Under the pieces are notes generated by a model, which worked only from the letters and a program-made list of their open reading frames with translations, did no database searches and was not told the origin of the DNA. The position numbers and the translations under genes are program-made. Shown piece by piece: positions 12,865 through 25,199 of a stretch of 64,000 nt of DNA. Within the stretch, counting starts at the first letter, position 1. Each line of letters begins with the position of its first letter. The DNA comes from Phoronis australis (lineage: Eukaryota; Animalia; Phoronida), in the NCBI GenBank assembly GCA_002633005.1, contig NMRA01000207.1:578828-642827 (forward strand). Reading direction: 5' to 3'.

Positions 12865-14767
12865 GAATCCAATCGTTCGTTTCTGAGATATGGTGTTCCG
12901 AAATTTGCCAAATTTGGTCATTTTTATAGGATCATGCATAACCCTAAATTCACCATGGCAGTAAAGGTCTGGTTTTCCTAGCACAGGTGGATACTTTCAA
13001 AACTAAACACTAATATTTCAAGATGACACCTACATCCTTCTTAAAACATGAATCTTCTCACTATCACATATTTGAAGATGACGTCCCCAAGTTTCTCATG
13101 AGTTCTACTCGTGGTCGTTTATGTACACACATTTTTTAAAAAAACAACTTTCTTCTTATTTTCAGCCATGTATGTTATTCCCAAAGTTCAGTTTAGTGTC
13201 ACTCACTTTGGGCCGCGGGATCTTCAAAAATAAAACTTAAAACGTTTGACATAAAATGTAAGGTTGCATTTTCACGCGCCCACATCTTTACATGTACATG
13301 TGGGCGCATTATGCCGTCATCCCCGTCTCCAAAACCCTTTGATGCATGCTCAGGAAATTTTGCATTTGTGTTCATTTCACAGATGGGACGGCATGAGCGA
13401 ACTTTCGAACAGATCCGACTACCTGTGTGCCCCCTAGTGTCAATTTTAGCTGTTTACGCTTACCTCTATATCTTCAAAGGTCCTCAACGGATTTTCACAG
13501 AATGTGGCAGATAGGCATTTATTAGTGAGATGACGATACTCTCCCGTTTTCGGATGGATTCGAGGTATTTTTTGCTACCTAGTGGTCATTGTTTACAGCT
13601 TTCGAGTCTGTTTTTTGTGTCCGCCCCTCTATCAGCCAAACCTCTTTAAGGATGATTGTGAAAATTGACATATTCATTCGTACTGTGAAGAGGACGGCTG
13701 ACGGTGGTTCTCCTACGACTTCGACTACTGTGGTGCCTCCTAGTGGCAATGCAATTTCAATAAAAACGACATCTTTAATTCGCGGGTTGAGCTCTATCCG
13801 ACTCCCGGAACGCCTGGGATAGTTTCGCAGCCTCAAGTTTCCTCTCGTAGGTGAACACGATCTGCGCATGTGCAATCTGCAGTGAATGTACGACAAGACA
13901 CGTGACTTTTAGCTGGAGAATGACTGACTCACCTACGCGCTTGCACAGGTAACGTTCATCTCCGAGTGGAAAATAGCTAATTACCACCATGAACACGCTC
14001 GCGCTTTGTCTCAATATATTTATCATTAGTGAAAAGCGGCAGACGAGTTATTGGAATAATTAACTTGATTTTAGTCGTTCCCAGCTTAACGAAATACATA
14101 TACCGCTAATGATTAACTGAAGACTAGGTGGACTTAGCTTTCCAAGAATGGAAGGTCCAAGTAAAACTATAGACATCTGAAAATAATTCTATATCACATA
14201 CAATTAAATGACCTTAAATTTGTTGAGATAAGAGATATCTATTTTGTCAAAATAGAAAAATTAAGTAGTTACCAGGTGAGAGAACTCTCGAAATGCTCTA
14301 CAGGTCAGGGCCTACAGGCTATTGCTCTCATAGACTAAATTAACTATAATAACAATAGAACAGTGGTATGAAAATTTTTCATAAAAGAATACACAAAACG
14401 AAATGGTCGACACTTATTTTAGATCCTCTACAGGCCCATTGCAACGGACACGGTGCTTTGATTTCGCTGCTCATACTCACTAAGTTTACCGGCCTGCTTG
14501 AGAATACTTTGTCATCATGAATCTTGACTGTTTTCACTGAAACAGGATTCTATTGGTCGACCTGTTCTCGGCTGTCAAATTGTGCTTTGTACTTGGTGAC
14601 ATCAACATTAAGGCTAAAAGTTTTAGTTTTTACTCGAGATCTCGATATATTACTCTAGTTTGTAGCTAATTAAGTGCAACTTGGACTAGAAACACGTTTG
14701 CGTAAACCATAATGTACTTAAGCACTGACTATAATCGCTACTTGTCTTGAGTTCGGAGAACAGAGTG

Positions 14768-14923
14768 CAGTGCTGTAGTGGGGCGTAGGCGCACGTAGGC
14801 GCAGCCAACCACCTTTTGGCATTTGAACGTAGCGCCTACGCACCGTAAGTTACGTTCAGTGCTCTAGGTGATACGGTGGGCTTTGGGCGCCTACTTACCT
14901 CGAATTTTACCACTACAGCACTG
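14768..14923 (+). mobile_element. ~156-bp hAT-like MITE (copy 2)
   Basis: Perfect 14-bp TIR CAGTGCTGTAGTGG/CCACTACAGCACTG; 8-bp TSD acagagtg/acaaagtg with one mismatch. Confidence 0.85.
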
Positions 14924-15866
14924 ACAAAGTGTGTCAAGTCTAGTTTTGGGGCTCGCTTTCGAGTACAAAGACTAGATCCCGGTCCCTGCTGGTTTATGAT
15001 TTTGGTTTCGGGCGGTAAGTACGGAATGTCCTGCATGTACATGCTAGCCTGAAGGTCCACCGGGGGGCTTTTCACCACATGGTGAAATGGATTAAACCAA
15101 AATAATGTGAGGAAAATTCTTGTTCAGCATGTTAGTACTAACCAAATCTAATTCCCTTGACACGTTTAGATTACCGTAAACGGTCTTATCGATTACATTT
15201 CGCCTCTTTCTCACTCTAACAAGGAATCAAATCGTTTGCTATCTTCTACCCTTAATTTTTGACCTATTGATGCCATGTAGTGACCCGAATGCCAGCCAAT
15301 GAGTCCAGTGAATGCTTTAGTCCATGAGATCAACAGAAGGTTTGAAAAATGCAAGTGTCGGAATGACAAGCGAAAAGTAAAAAGTCGAGTCTTGGAGTGA
15401 ATAAGTTCTTTCGAAGGTCTTGATTTCCGTGCAGTTATATTCACTGTACTATTTTTTAAGACAAATGTGTACCCGAGATCGACATTACGACGCGTGTGAG
15501 TTAATGTTTGACTAGTGTGATGTGTATGGCACCATAGATTATAGACAACATATTCGCAACTCCGACATTTTTTGTGTACTATCCTACAGTAGGGGCCACT
15601 CTCCTAAATTATCTGTTGCACTTTCCTGTTAGTGTATTGTGACGGGAAATTTTCTCATCTATTATACTGTTCAGTACAACAAAAAATAATAATTTCGTCA
15701 TTGAAACGCTGTTAAAAGTTCCAATAGCAGAACTGTTGGTATCGTGAGTACTTTAAGCAATGCTACTCCATCCGACCACATCACAGCCGACCATTAGCAG
15801 ATGACGTCCTTGCGCGGAAATAAAACCAGGTGTCGTTAGTGAATAATGACGCAACGACTTGTGCGT

Positions 15867-16474
15867 CTCGCTGGTTCCCTGCGTGCCGCTTAGCGGTGGT
15901 CGGTAGCCAGCACACAGGTATCACTTAATTTTCTTCGTGTAATTTTTTTACACCGGCGTTTCTGATTGGCTGGTCGAATTCTCACCAGGCAGCGCTTTAC
16001 GCAAACAAACTGGCATGACTGATGGAGGAAGTGTAAAATAATTTGGTCTGTTGTACAGACAAATCGGTGATTAAAATTTATGTTTAGGAAATGTGAATCC
16101 TAGAAATTGTGGTTGCGCCTTTTCGGAGTGCACCTTTTTACTGTCGATGACTTTTGTTTACGATACTGTCCTGTACATGTATTCGTACAGTACATGATGA
16201 ATAACACCGCACTGATTAAATCGGCCAGATATGTGTTTATTGTACTAGTACACGTATATACTTCATGCACGCGGCTATTAAAAATTGCTGGAGAAACGAA
16301 ATATAGTTGCTGGTACGCCACTTACATGACAAGGCTAAAAATTGTTCATAGTCCGCCATTTATTCACGTTGTTGTAAAGCTAATCAATGACTGCCGAGGT
16401 TAAACCAACCAATGCGAACGCGCGTGCTACTACGTGATAACTGCGTGCTGGCTAGGCACGTAGGGAACCAACGA
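15867..16474 (+). mobile_element. ~610-bp non-autonomous DNA transposon; other copies at 48670-49385 and, inverted and disrupted, 56958-59459
   Basis: TIR CTCGCTGGTTCCCT.CGTGCC / GGCACGTAGGGAACCAACGAG; long collinear identity with 48670-49385. Confidence 0.85.
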
Positions 16475-16544
16475 GCTTGTGCGTGCGTGAGAGCACAGAT
16501 TTCGTTCATTGAAAGTATACGGAGTTGGCTGTCCATGTACTATA

Positions 16545-16700
16545 CACAGGCGTCCTCAGCCTCTGATCGTCCCCAATACACTACATATAATACTACAAGG
16601 TAGGACACTCCCGACTAGAAATTCCACGGGTGCTTCACTTCAGCCGTCCATACATGTAGCAAACATAAAACTCAATAAATTTACACAAAACAGGGGTTCA
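16545..16700 (+). repeat. Interspersed repeat, possibly a SINE/LINE 3' tail; inverted copy at ~59693-59842
   Basis: caggc.tcctc.gc.tctgat.gtcccaatacact...gaaattccacgggtgcttcacttcagc...aaaactcaataaattt is shared in reverse orientation. Confidence 0.65.
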
Positions 16701-17199
16701 TGAAGAATTTTTCTTTCTCCCAATACCATTCACGGTGTCCTGTTACGGCGACTTCGTAAGCAATTCGCAGTCAAAGAACAAAAATGTTCACAAAAAGCCC
16801 CCATACACGTTCTCCCTAGGCCCGTCGAGGTCAAGGACGGTACGGAAATTGCCGCTTTGTCGCGTAAAGTCACGATGTCGCTACTTCCGTAACTCACCGT
16901 TATTACCTTCACGTTAATAGAAAATTTCGAACACGTATTAAATTTCTATTCGCCTTTTTGTAATGTAGCGTACTGTAACAGGTTCATTTCTCATTTCTCC
17001 GTAGAAAAAATAAATACGCACAACTTTCGATGAAAATTTGTGCTTTTAACTTGAGTAGATTTTTAATCGTTTAGTTGTACTTCTTATGAACGCCTTTTCG
17101 AGTACATTTTTATGTGTTCCATTTTTCACTCTTCTTTATAGTAGCAATTTATTACTTTTTGGTTGACTTAAACTTTTTTCTTTTCAGTTCTTTTAGGAG

Positions 17200-19170
17200 A
17201 TGTTCAAACCGAAAGCCATTTTCAAGATTATTTTACTGACGGCAGTGGTTTTCTTTCTGGTTCAGTGGAAAGAGTTATGGCGCAGCTCAGAACATAACGG
17301 ATTGCTTGCCATTCTCGGGCACGAAAAAACACAACGAGCACATTTGTGGACGAGCTCTGAGGACAGTCTAGTTGTCAGTAAGCGAGCCAATGACAACTCT
17401 ACGCCTATTTCTGGTCACACGGAACGTAGTGCATGCAAGATTCCAGAAATCGACCCATTTGATAAAAGTGTCCTGGCATTTGTGAAAAAATTACCACCAC
17501 TAAACTGCGGACATCAACCACCATTAACACAATTGGTAAATGGAAATTTAATTATTGACCCCGTGTTGCGCAAGACATTTTACAAAGACTTTGTCGACTC
17601 ATGTGAATATCGGACATTTGACCACACTCTAGGAGATGATAATCAGGTCAACATGTCGCGTTTTATTGCCTTTACCCATTCCGTAAATGTAGACTGCTGC
17701 GACTTTATTGAAGTAAAGTGCTACAGTGGGGAAGTGATGACGTACTCTAATGTTCACGCGCATGCGTCACGTTACGGGCATCAGGGAGCGGATTGGAAAT
17801 CCAAGCGCTTCACACGCTCAAACAGAGACGGCCGTAATTTGAGCGTATTACTGCTATTCAACGACGGACTTTCCCGTCTTAACGCGATTCGGCAACTTCC
17901 AAAGACGTACAAATTTTTGACAGAAACTCTTTCAGCAATAACCATGAAAGGTTACCATTCCATAGGAGTGAACACGTTTTACAATGTTGTGCCATTACTC
18001 ACCGGAAAGTATTACACGTCGGTGAGAAATACGACCTTTGACGATTTTCCCTTTGTGTGGAAAAACTTTTCTCGCAGTGGTTACGTGACTTACTATCTAG
18101 AGGACAAGATGTATTCAACCTTCAACTTTGGCAAAAAAGGTTTTTACTCAAAACCCACTGACTACTATGCTAGACCTCTATTTGTTCACACTGAAACAAA
18201 TATGAAAGACTTTATTATGAATTCGGAGAAATATTGCTTCCGTGACAAACCAATCCACGCTGTGGTTGGCGATTACTTGAAAGGATTTTTAATCAAACAC
18301 CACGATACTCCATATTTTGCTTTGCATTTTTTTAATGAACTGTCGCACGACTTGATCAATCCCATACAATATGTGGACGGATATTATTCGCTATTATTAG
18401 GCCACCTTCACGAGAATGGGTACTTGAATAATACCGCATTGTTCTTTTTAAGCGACCATGGTAATCGGTTCGATAGTATAAGATTGACATCTGTTGGTCG
18501 TTACGAAGAACGACTTCCGCTTTTGACTGTATCATTGCCGCCATGGTTTCAAACTAAGCACCCACATATTATCAGCGCGCTCCACAAAAACACAGAACGA
18601 CCAACGTCACCGTATGACGTGTATGCCACTTTGTTAGATATCCTTGGATCTTCTCGTCAATCATTGAAGCGACCTCGAAACATACAAGGTTTAAGTTTGT
18701 TCAAAGAAATTCCGAAGTCGAGAACTTGTTCCAACGCTGGTATACCTAGTTCGCTCTGTGTATGCAATAAGGAGACGCAAACAAACGTGTCATCTCCTAC
18801 GGTCTTACAAGCTGCAGCGTTATCTGTCAAACACATAAATAAAAAGATTGCGAATGACAAAGGCTGTTACCAACTCTCACTGTCCCGTGTATTAGCGGCT
18901 TTCAAAATAGGCGATCCTGTGGAAGACATTATAGGCACAGGCAAGAAATCAACCGGAAGACTGCGTCAAGACTATTTGGTTATGTTTGTTACCAGCCCTG
19001 GTGGTGCTGTGTTTGAGCAAATGGTGCAGATGTACTTAAAGGAGCCCAGATTCAACAGACCTTCAGGGCCCGTGAGTCGGCTTAATAAGTATGGAAGTAC
19101 TTCGTGGTGTATTAAAAACTTCGCGCTTAAGACCTTTTGCTATTGCAAATCACCTCCGCCCAACTATTAA
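17200..19170 (+). CDS. DUF229-family protein (alkaline phosphatase/sulfatase-like fold), N-terminal membrane anchor, single coding exon
   Basis: 656-aa ORF with family-typical motifs CKIPEIDPFD, DGLSRLNAIRQLPKT, GYHSIGVNTFYN, FVWKNF...GYVTYYLED, LSHD, SDHGNRF, EERLP, AGIPSSLCVC, SRLNKYG..SWCI...KTFCYC. Hydrophobic aa ~8-23. A polypyrimidine/CAG acceptor ending at 17188 implies an upstream 5'UTR exon. AATAAA follows the stop. Confidence 0.9.
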   Translation: MFKPKAIFKIILLTAVVFFLVQWKELWRSSEHNGLLAILGHEKTQRAHLWTSSEDSLVVSKRANDNSTPISGHTERSACKIPEIDPFDKSVLAFVKKLPPLNCGHQPPLTQLVNGNLIIDPVLRKTFYKDFVDSCEYRTFDHTLGDDNQVNMSRFIAFTHSVNVDCCDFIEVKCYSGEVMTYSNVHAHASRYGHQGADWKSKRFTRSNRDGRNLSVLLLFNDGLSRLNAIRQLPKTYKFLTETLSAITMKGYHSIGVNTFYNVVPLLTGKYYTSVRNTTFDDFPFVWKNFSRSGYVTYYLEDKMYSTFNFGKKGFYSKPTDYYARPLFVHTETNMKDFIMNSEKYCFRDKPIHAVVGDYLKGFLIKHHDTPYFALHFFNELSHDLINPIQYVDGYYSLLLGHLHENGYLNNTALFFLSDHGNRFDSIRLTSVGRYEERLPLLTVSLPPWFQTKHPHIISALHKNTERPTSPYDVYATLLDILGSSRQSLKRPRNIQGLSLFKEIPKSRTCSNAGIPSSLCVCNKETQTNVSSPTVLQAAALSVKHINKKIANDKGCYQLSLSRVLAAFKIGDPVEDIIGTGKKSTGRLRQDYLVMFVTSPGGAVFEQMVQMYLKEPRFNRPSGPVSRLNKYGSTSWCIKNFALKTFCYCKSPPPNY

Positions 19171-20356
19171 ATAAATCCTTAGCCACCGCTCGTCACTTTG
19201 TGTCATCTTAATATTTGTTATTTTGTACATTATTTATTTGTAACGTTACGCTTTATATCTGTAACAGTACGTGCTCACTCTATACAATTCGCCATTTTCC
19301 GCACGACGCCATACCGTACACATGTATGTACAATCTACACGATGACGTCGCACGCAGATGGACGAATTTTGTATCGAACGAGCTTGGCTAATGTTGTCGC
19401 TTGAATCAGTGTTGGTATCCATCAAAACACGTTGAGATACAGTCGTATTTAATAATTTCAACATTTTACAATGCTCTCACCCCTTTCCATCCAACTCTAT
19501 TGTCACTCAGCGGCTGCTCACAGCTTTGAGTAGACTTACTGAAATTTCCGCAGCCTCCAAACTTCCGATTCGTGTTCGTCTTTCATTTGACCGGCCAACT
19601 ACATGTACATCGGAGGCACAGATGATGTAGCGAAGAAAGAATTTTAAAAATGTTTATTGCGTTTCTTCTTCAGATAGTTGTCTCTCAACTCCTGCAATGC
19701 GGAGAGGATGTTGTCTTTGGGCAAACGGCTTAGTTATGTTATGTTCGAGCTGTGAGTCAACTTTGGGCCATCGTTTTTCATTTCGGTGTGTGAAACGTGT
19801 CCTTTAGAATTCCCAGAAATAGTGTCCTTGCCCTAAAGAATGTTAACTAAGATTCAATACATTTCCATCAAAATATAAGCAAAATAAACTCTGTGGTCAC
19901 TCGTATTACAGTCCAATACTTCCCCTACTCACGCACACATCAGATATCGTACAACGCTATGTTATATTGCATACTGCACCTTCTTGATATTAGCCTATGA
20001 TTTTGGATTAGCCCCCTACGGAGTGGTTTAGTCCTTTTGTTTTGTGATAATTTTTTGCTGGCTAAGAGCGGTACAAGCAAACCTCATAGTACATCTACTC
20101 GCAAATGCTCGCTTTATCTACACACGCGTCCACCCAGTCAAAAATGGGAGACTCGAAGTTTCGACAATGTGGAACTTTTACTAAAGACTCACTGGATACG
20201 TTCAGAGCTACAATTGTACATTCGCCGAATTTTGGTAGTTCCTACCTTTTTAGTGGACTTATATCCTCTTTTCAACTTTTTGGAGTTTTTGTTTATCTGA
20301 GGCGGACCTTTTTCCCATTTTGCCAAATGGGGGCGCTGTCCCTCGGTGCGCGCGTG

Positions 20357-21990
20357 CTATAGATCTTTACTTACCCTCTTCTTCTCTCCTGTTTCATCTG
20401 AACCCTTCGTTTTGTCTGGATTCGTTTTCCTCGCCGACATGCTAAGTCTAGAAAAAGTTGCTGAACGTGTTTGCTTCCGGTCTGCCTGCATCGAAGATAT
20501 TTTGCGGTTTTGCTGTTCGGACTGCACAGTTTGCAATGGAGACGCAGAAACAGTTTGCGAATCGGTCTGTGCGAACTTGTCTCCACCAGAAGCATTTACT
20601 CGCCTCCCCCACCTCCGTCTCTTTTCGATGTGCGCCTTCTCTTTGTGTATCCTTTGCCTAGTTAGACTGTCCACAGAAGAGTCTGACGATCCGGATGAAG
20701 GCGTGCACACTGAATTGTCAGTCTCGTACAGTAGAATGTCTTTTTTAACTCCTTCAAGATTGTCTTGGACAACAACACGTTGCCGTTTTCTGTCGGTGGG
20801 TTTCGGCAGAACCACGGTCATCGTCATGCAGGCGTCCGTTACCGCCCTCGCCCACCTATAGAAATAGGCGACACCAGCGTACACTCGACTCAACTCCTTC
20901 CTGCCATGAATGTGCAGAATTTCTAGACATCGCGCTGCAATCTCTGGGTGCAACTTGGAAAGTTTGAAATTTTTGATTTTGTCAAACAGCTGTGCGCCCT
21001 CCTTCCGGTGCACGTTGAACAGCTTCTTCAGGTAGGACCAGTCCCTCGTCAGGGTTTCAACTTCTCCGAGAACCAACATGGTCGAAACCAACACGTCTTC
21101 CACCACGATCGGCGGATTGGTGTACTCTTGGATCTGTACCAGCATATGTTTGTCCATCTCCAGGATTTTTTTCTCTATCTCCTTGATCTTGTTCCAGGCG
21201 ATGATCATGTCTTTTCCTATTACGATTTCTAACCAGAGGTGATCCGTGTACTTGTCATTACTGGCCTTACGCACTGCCCGCTCTAGCCCCTTGACATTGC
21301 CGTGTAAGCACTCTGATAGAATGATATTCTTGAGCTCTAGCGCCCCGAGGTTGACACCTGTCTGTCCTACGACTTTGTCGTCGATCAGGTGAGCTTTGAC
21401 AAATCCCGTGTATTTTTCTAGTGCTTTCTTGATGTCGTTGACAACAAGAGATTTGTTGGCACGGATAAGCTCAGTTATAAGCACACTTTGCTGGGTCAGT
21501 TGTTCAGGGGTTAAATCGGCTTTAGCGTTCTCTGTTTCTGTACTCGGAGATGTTTCATGAGACTTGACGGAAACTGCTAGTTCGCCGCTCGAAGACTCTT
21601 GTTTAATGTTCATCTCGCTGGCAGCCGCACTGACTATCGTTGGACCCACATTTTCTAAATTTTGCAAGTGACCAGATGTTGGCTTTAAGAGGTCGTCTTT
21701 GGTCAGCGGTTGACCTACCAAACTGTTGCGACGTTCTTCGGGAGATACGGGTTGGTTGCCCTGATGTTCGGTCGCAATGCTGCTTCTCAAACTTTGTTGC
21801 ATTGTGTCTATTATGTCTTTTTGCAGCAACTCGGCGTCGTCGATTTGCTGTACATTCTTCTTGTCGGATTCACGCACCCTCTTCTTCCACCGATGGTACG
21901 CTAAGTATCCGAGGAGAGTACTAACGACGACTAATGCCATGGATCCACCTACTATTGCGTACAGCATCGTCTCGTCTGCAGTGAGGACGC
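20357..21990 (-). CDS. Gene A terminal exon: TM helix, linker, helical region and dynein-MTBD-like domain
   Basis: 547-aa ORF. TM LYAIVGGSMALVVVSTLLGYLAY is followed by basic HRWKKR. Phase-1 acceptor at 21990 (tttcaag|) or 21975 (ctgcag|). QIQEYTNPPIVVEDVLVSTMLVLGE...DW...KIKNF...LHPEIAAR...FYRWARAV at ~20840-21166. Paralogous to 38075-39777 and 49975-51422. Confidence 0.85.
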
Positions 21991-22489
21991 CTTGAAACAA
22001 AGTTGTCTTGCTATATGTTTTCAGACTTTGGTATATATTATGTGTCGTTTCAAATTACATTTGCACGCATGTATCCGAGTTCTCGTAATGAAATACGAAC
22101 AAGGAAATTCATGCGTGAGTTTGACCTGCAGGCAAAGTTAGGCAGGCCTGAACAGCAATAAGAATGCAGTCGGCCTAATTGTCTTTTTAACGTGAAGCAC
22201 CAGAAATGCGCAGACCACATGGTTGGACCATTATGCACACTGGGCACGTAAACAGTAAAAACAGTGTAAACTGGCCACCACAGTGGAAGTTGGGGCTTCA
22301 GTCGAATTCTTTTCCATGCCGATTCAGACCATGGGCGGCGTACCATAGGGGAGACTGGGAGATTAAAATCCCAACTTATTTCAGTGCTGCGCCTCTTATG
22401 CAGACATGTGCCAACCTTGGTTTCATTTCACATGACTTTTGATAAAAGTGGTTTGCTGTCCCTGCCACTTTAATATAAAAACATCTATT

Positions 22490-22509
22490 CACACACACAC
22501 TCACACACA

Positions 22510-22570
<61 letters not shown>

Positions 22571-22590
22571 ACACTTGCACGCACGCACAC
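22490..22590. repeat. (CA)n microsatellite in a gene A intron
   Basis: Direct inspection. Confidence 0.95.
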
Positions 22591-23370
22591 TCAATGCATA
22601 ATAAGTGAAAATGTAACAATTTTTTTCTGTATGAACACATGATCGCGAGCGGCCATTCCGTCTCCATGGAGGTCCATACTCAGTACCCCCGTTAAACCGT
22701 GAGCTAGGCATCAACTCGTCTCCCGTGTACAGCTATTACTTTTAGAGCACGAGCGCTTCGGGCACTTCTGTCGCTGACGAAAGACGATTGTCTTAAAAGA
22801 CCGAAATCAGTCTAAGCTAACCCCGAAAGCTAGTCTACGGAGTAGTCTTAAGATTAGAATTTTGAACTAAATGACCAAGATTTAGTTACATTATCACTGT
22901 AAATTGTTTAGGAACGAATTTCCTTGATACGTTTTCACAATCTAATGTGCCTAAACAATATCAACCAGAACACCGTCTGCTTCCGATTCGAGAACCAGCC
23001 ACAGAGACAATGCTGGGCGACTTACCGGCTCATGCAAAATAATATTTTCTACGTATACCGATGAAGGTCTTCTCAAGCAATGCTGACCTTTATCAAAAAC
23101 CGACTGAATTTGTGTTTAAGTTAGACCGAAGATCAAAATCCGGCTTTGCGTTTATGCAAATGTTTTGTAAAATTCAATCTCCGGTCTTAACTGCCGGCAT
23201 TTGGTTTTAACTTAGACAAACGTTAGGTCTTTAGGCTCAAGTCAGTTTTCACGAAACGGGCCCCAGGAACCAACTTATCGTTTTACACTCTACAACAGAA
23301 GCCATAAAAGCGCACGTTTCTTGTTTCAAACTGCATATTGTCATGTACCGGCTCCCTTTAACACATTTAC

Positions 23371-23694
23371 CTGAGACTAAGAGCAGCACAACACCCTCCA
23401 TGTTTAATTCCGAACGTTTGGTGTTCGTGGCCATACAGGTTATCGACTTTTCACTGTCCGAACGCGACGCAGTGTACGAAAGCACGCTGGAAAATCCTCC
23501 AGTGTTTCTAACCACTGCGCTTTCCAACACATTTTGTTTCTCATTCAATTTGTGGTGCCACGATATGGAAGTTCCCGGATGTGCATTAAACACAGAGCAT
23601 TTCATGCTGTATCGCTTTCCGCTGGTTGTCAGTATGACACCGTCTTCATTAGTCTCCACCTCTAGCGCTTGAACGCTCAGCTGAAGGGGCCCGT
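23371..23694 (-). CDS. Gene A exon: second Ig-like domain (C2/C1-like)
   Basis: Acceptor tttttcatag| and donor cag|gtaaat; 324 bp, phase 1-1. MKCSVFNAHPGTSISW...SVLSYTASRSDSEKSITCMATN shows the Ig C...W...D....C pattern. Confidence 0.85.
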
Positions 23695-24349
23695 CTATGA
23701 AAAAATAAGACGTCAAGGTCACTACAATCATGTACTTTTTGTCAAAAACAAAATTTTCGTTGGCGTATTTACTCTTCCATCAACATCATTGCTGTTATTA
23801 TACAGTAAATCACCCGAAATTTCCCCGACTACCATATTGCTTCGGCAGCAGAATCTGAGCAGCCGTCATGACAAGCTCATTCTGAGACCGTTACTGCTGC
23901 AGATCAGAGTCATTAAATGATGATCTTTTTACTGAACGATGGCGCTCAAAATGAAATGTTTAAGAGGTTGAAAAAGCATAACTGTTTGAGGTCTCTGTTT
24001 TCTCTGTTTTGTTTTGAAAATTGAGTACACGGTACAGTATTTTTAGTTGCTCACATTTCAAATCCACCTGAGACGAGCAAAATGAAGAGGGATTTGTCTT
24101 TTCCTTTTTACCCAAGACATCCAATGGCAAATCATGGTGTCCCAATACGTGATTGTCCTTGATCAAGTGCCTTTGGGCAGCTTTTCGAGAAAGATCTTGT
24201 CTGAAATGGATGCGGGGAGCGTTTCTTGATCGGTTAGGACAAGTCACAATATGAGTCCTGATAGAGACAATAGCCAACTATGCTTTTTGGCCTAGCCACT
24301 CGTGATTCAATGAAATTTCAAGGGTTCCTAACATGAAATACAAACGTAC

Positions 24350-24601
24350 ACGCAATTTGTATTTTGTATTGGGCCCTTTTCGTGTCTTGTCCATCCTGTA
24401 CTGTGCATGTAATTGTCTCCCCATGTAACTCAATTCTAGCTGTATCGTTGAATACCGGCCCTCTTATTTCTTCGCTTTTGGTTGTCGATGTCCACGTGAA
24501 CAACACGTTGGATTGCGGTTGGCCAGTTGGTTGACATAGACATATGATAGGCTGTCCCATAGCAAACCATGTGTGTTCCGTGCAGTTCAACTGGACGCCA
24601 T
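24350..24601 (-). CDS. Gene A exon: first Ig-like domain
   Basis: Acceptor attttag| and donor |gtacgt; 252 bp, phase 1-1. CLCQPTGQP...FTW...HGETITCTV. Splicing to the next exon creates the Ig-linker IAYGP. Confidence 0.8.
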
Positions 24602-24760
24602 CTAAAATATGTCACGTGCGCTTGTTATTTACTACTTTACCAAATGTGGTTTGACGTATCAATTTTGCGACACTCCTCTCACTTAAACAGCATTTCGCCA
24701 TGTTTATCAAGAGCGTAACTCGAAGGAAGCCGTTTATTCCCATAAAATCGGTCTTTTTAC

Positions 24761-24830
24761 CGTGACAGAACTCCACTGTTAACCAACTAGTCACAAGTAA
24801 TGCGTACGTACGCCTTGTCCGAATGAGCAA
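24761..24830 (-). CDS. Gene A candidate leader/signal-peptide exon (5' boundary unresolved)
   Basis: RRTYALLVTSWLTVEFCH followed by phase-1 donor cacg|gtaaaa. No in-frame ATG before an upstream stop, and a repeat begins at ~24834. Confidence 0.45.
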
Positions 24831-24833
24831 TTT

Positions 24834-24960
24834 TAGGGTTGGCCAACCACAATAAATTATGAAGCGTTTTCTCGAGTCGCTGACTGTTTCGATGTTCTTG
24901 CTAGTAATGGTAACAGATTTGTATCACGGAAAAGAATGGTTAGAAATCGATTTTATAACA
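24834..24960 (+). repeat. Transposon-end-like repeat; second copy at ~31252-31375
   Basis: tagggttggccaacc..aat....gaagc.ttttct.gagtcgctga...gatg....gct.gtaa.gg is shared between the two positions. Confidence 0.7.
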
Positions 24961-25199
24961 AAAGTTAAATTCAATTTTCATTTTCGGCCAGCTAAGGAGA
25001 GAGATATGCGGCTTTAATAGGTGATGTATGCTGAAACACAGAATGTTTCCGTTCTTGATTTTCTTTATTTTATCCATGTTTAATTGGATAAAAAGGACTT
25101 TTTTAAAATAAAGAGTTAAAGTTCTTAAAAAATCACAAACGTGATCACAAGACGACCTACTTGTAAATTTTGCGAATTTTGAAGATTAGAAATTCTTAA

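Noticed and set aside
22439-22714. His/Thr- and Cys/Val-rich ORFs
   Set aside because: Artefacts of the (CA)n microsatellite.
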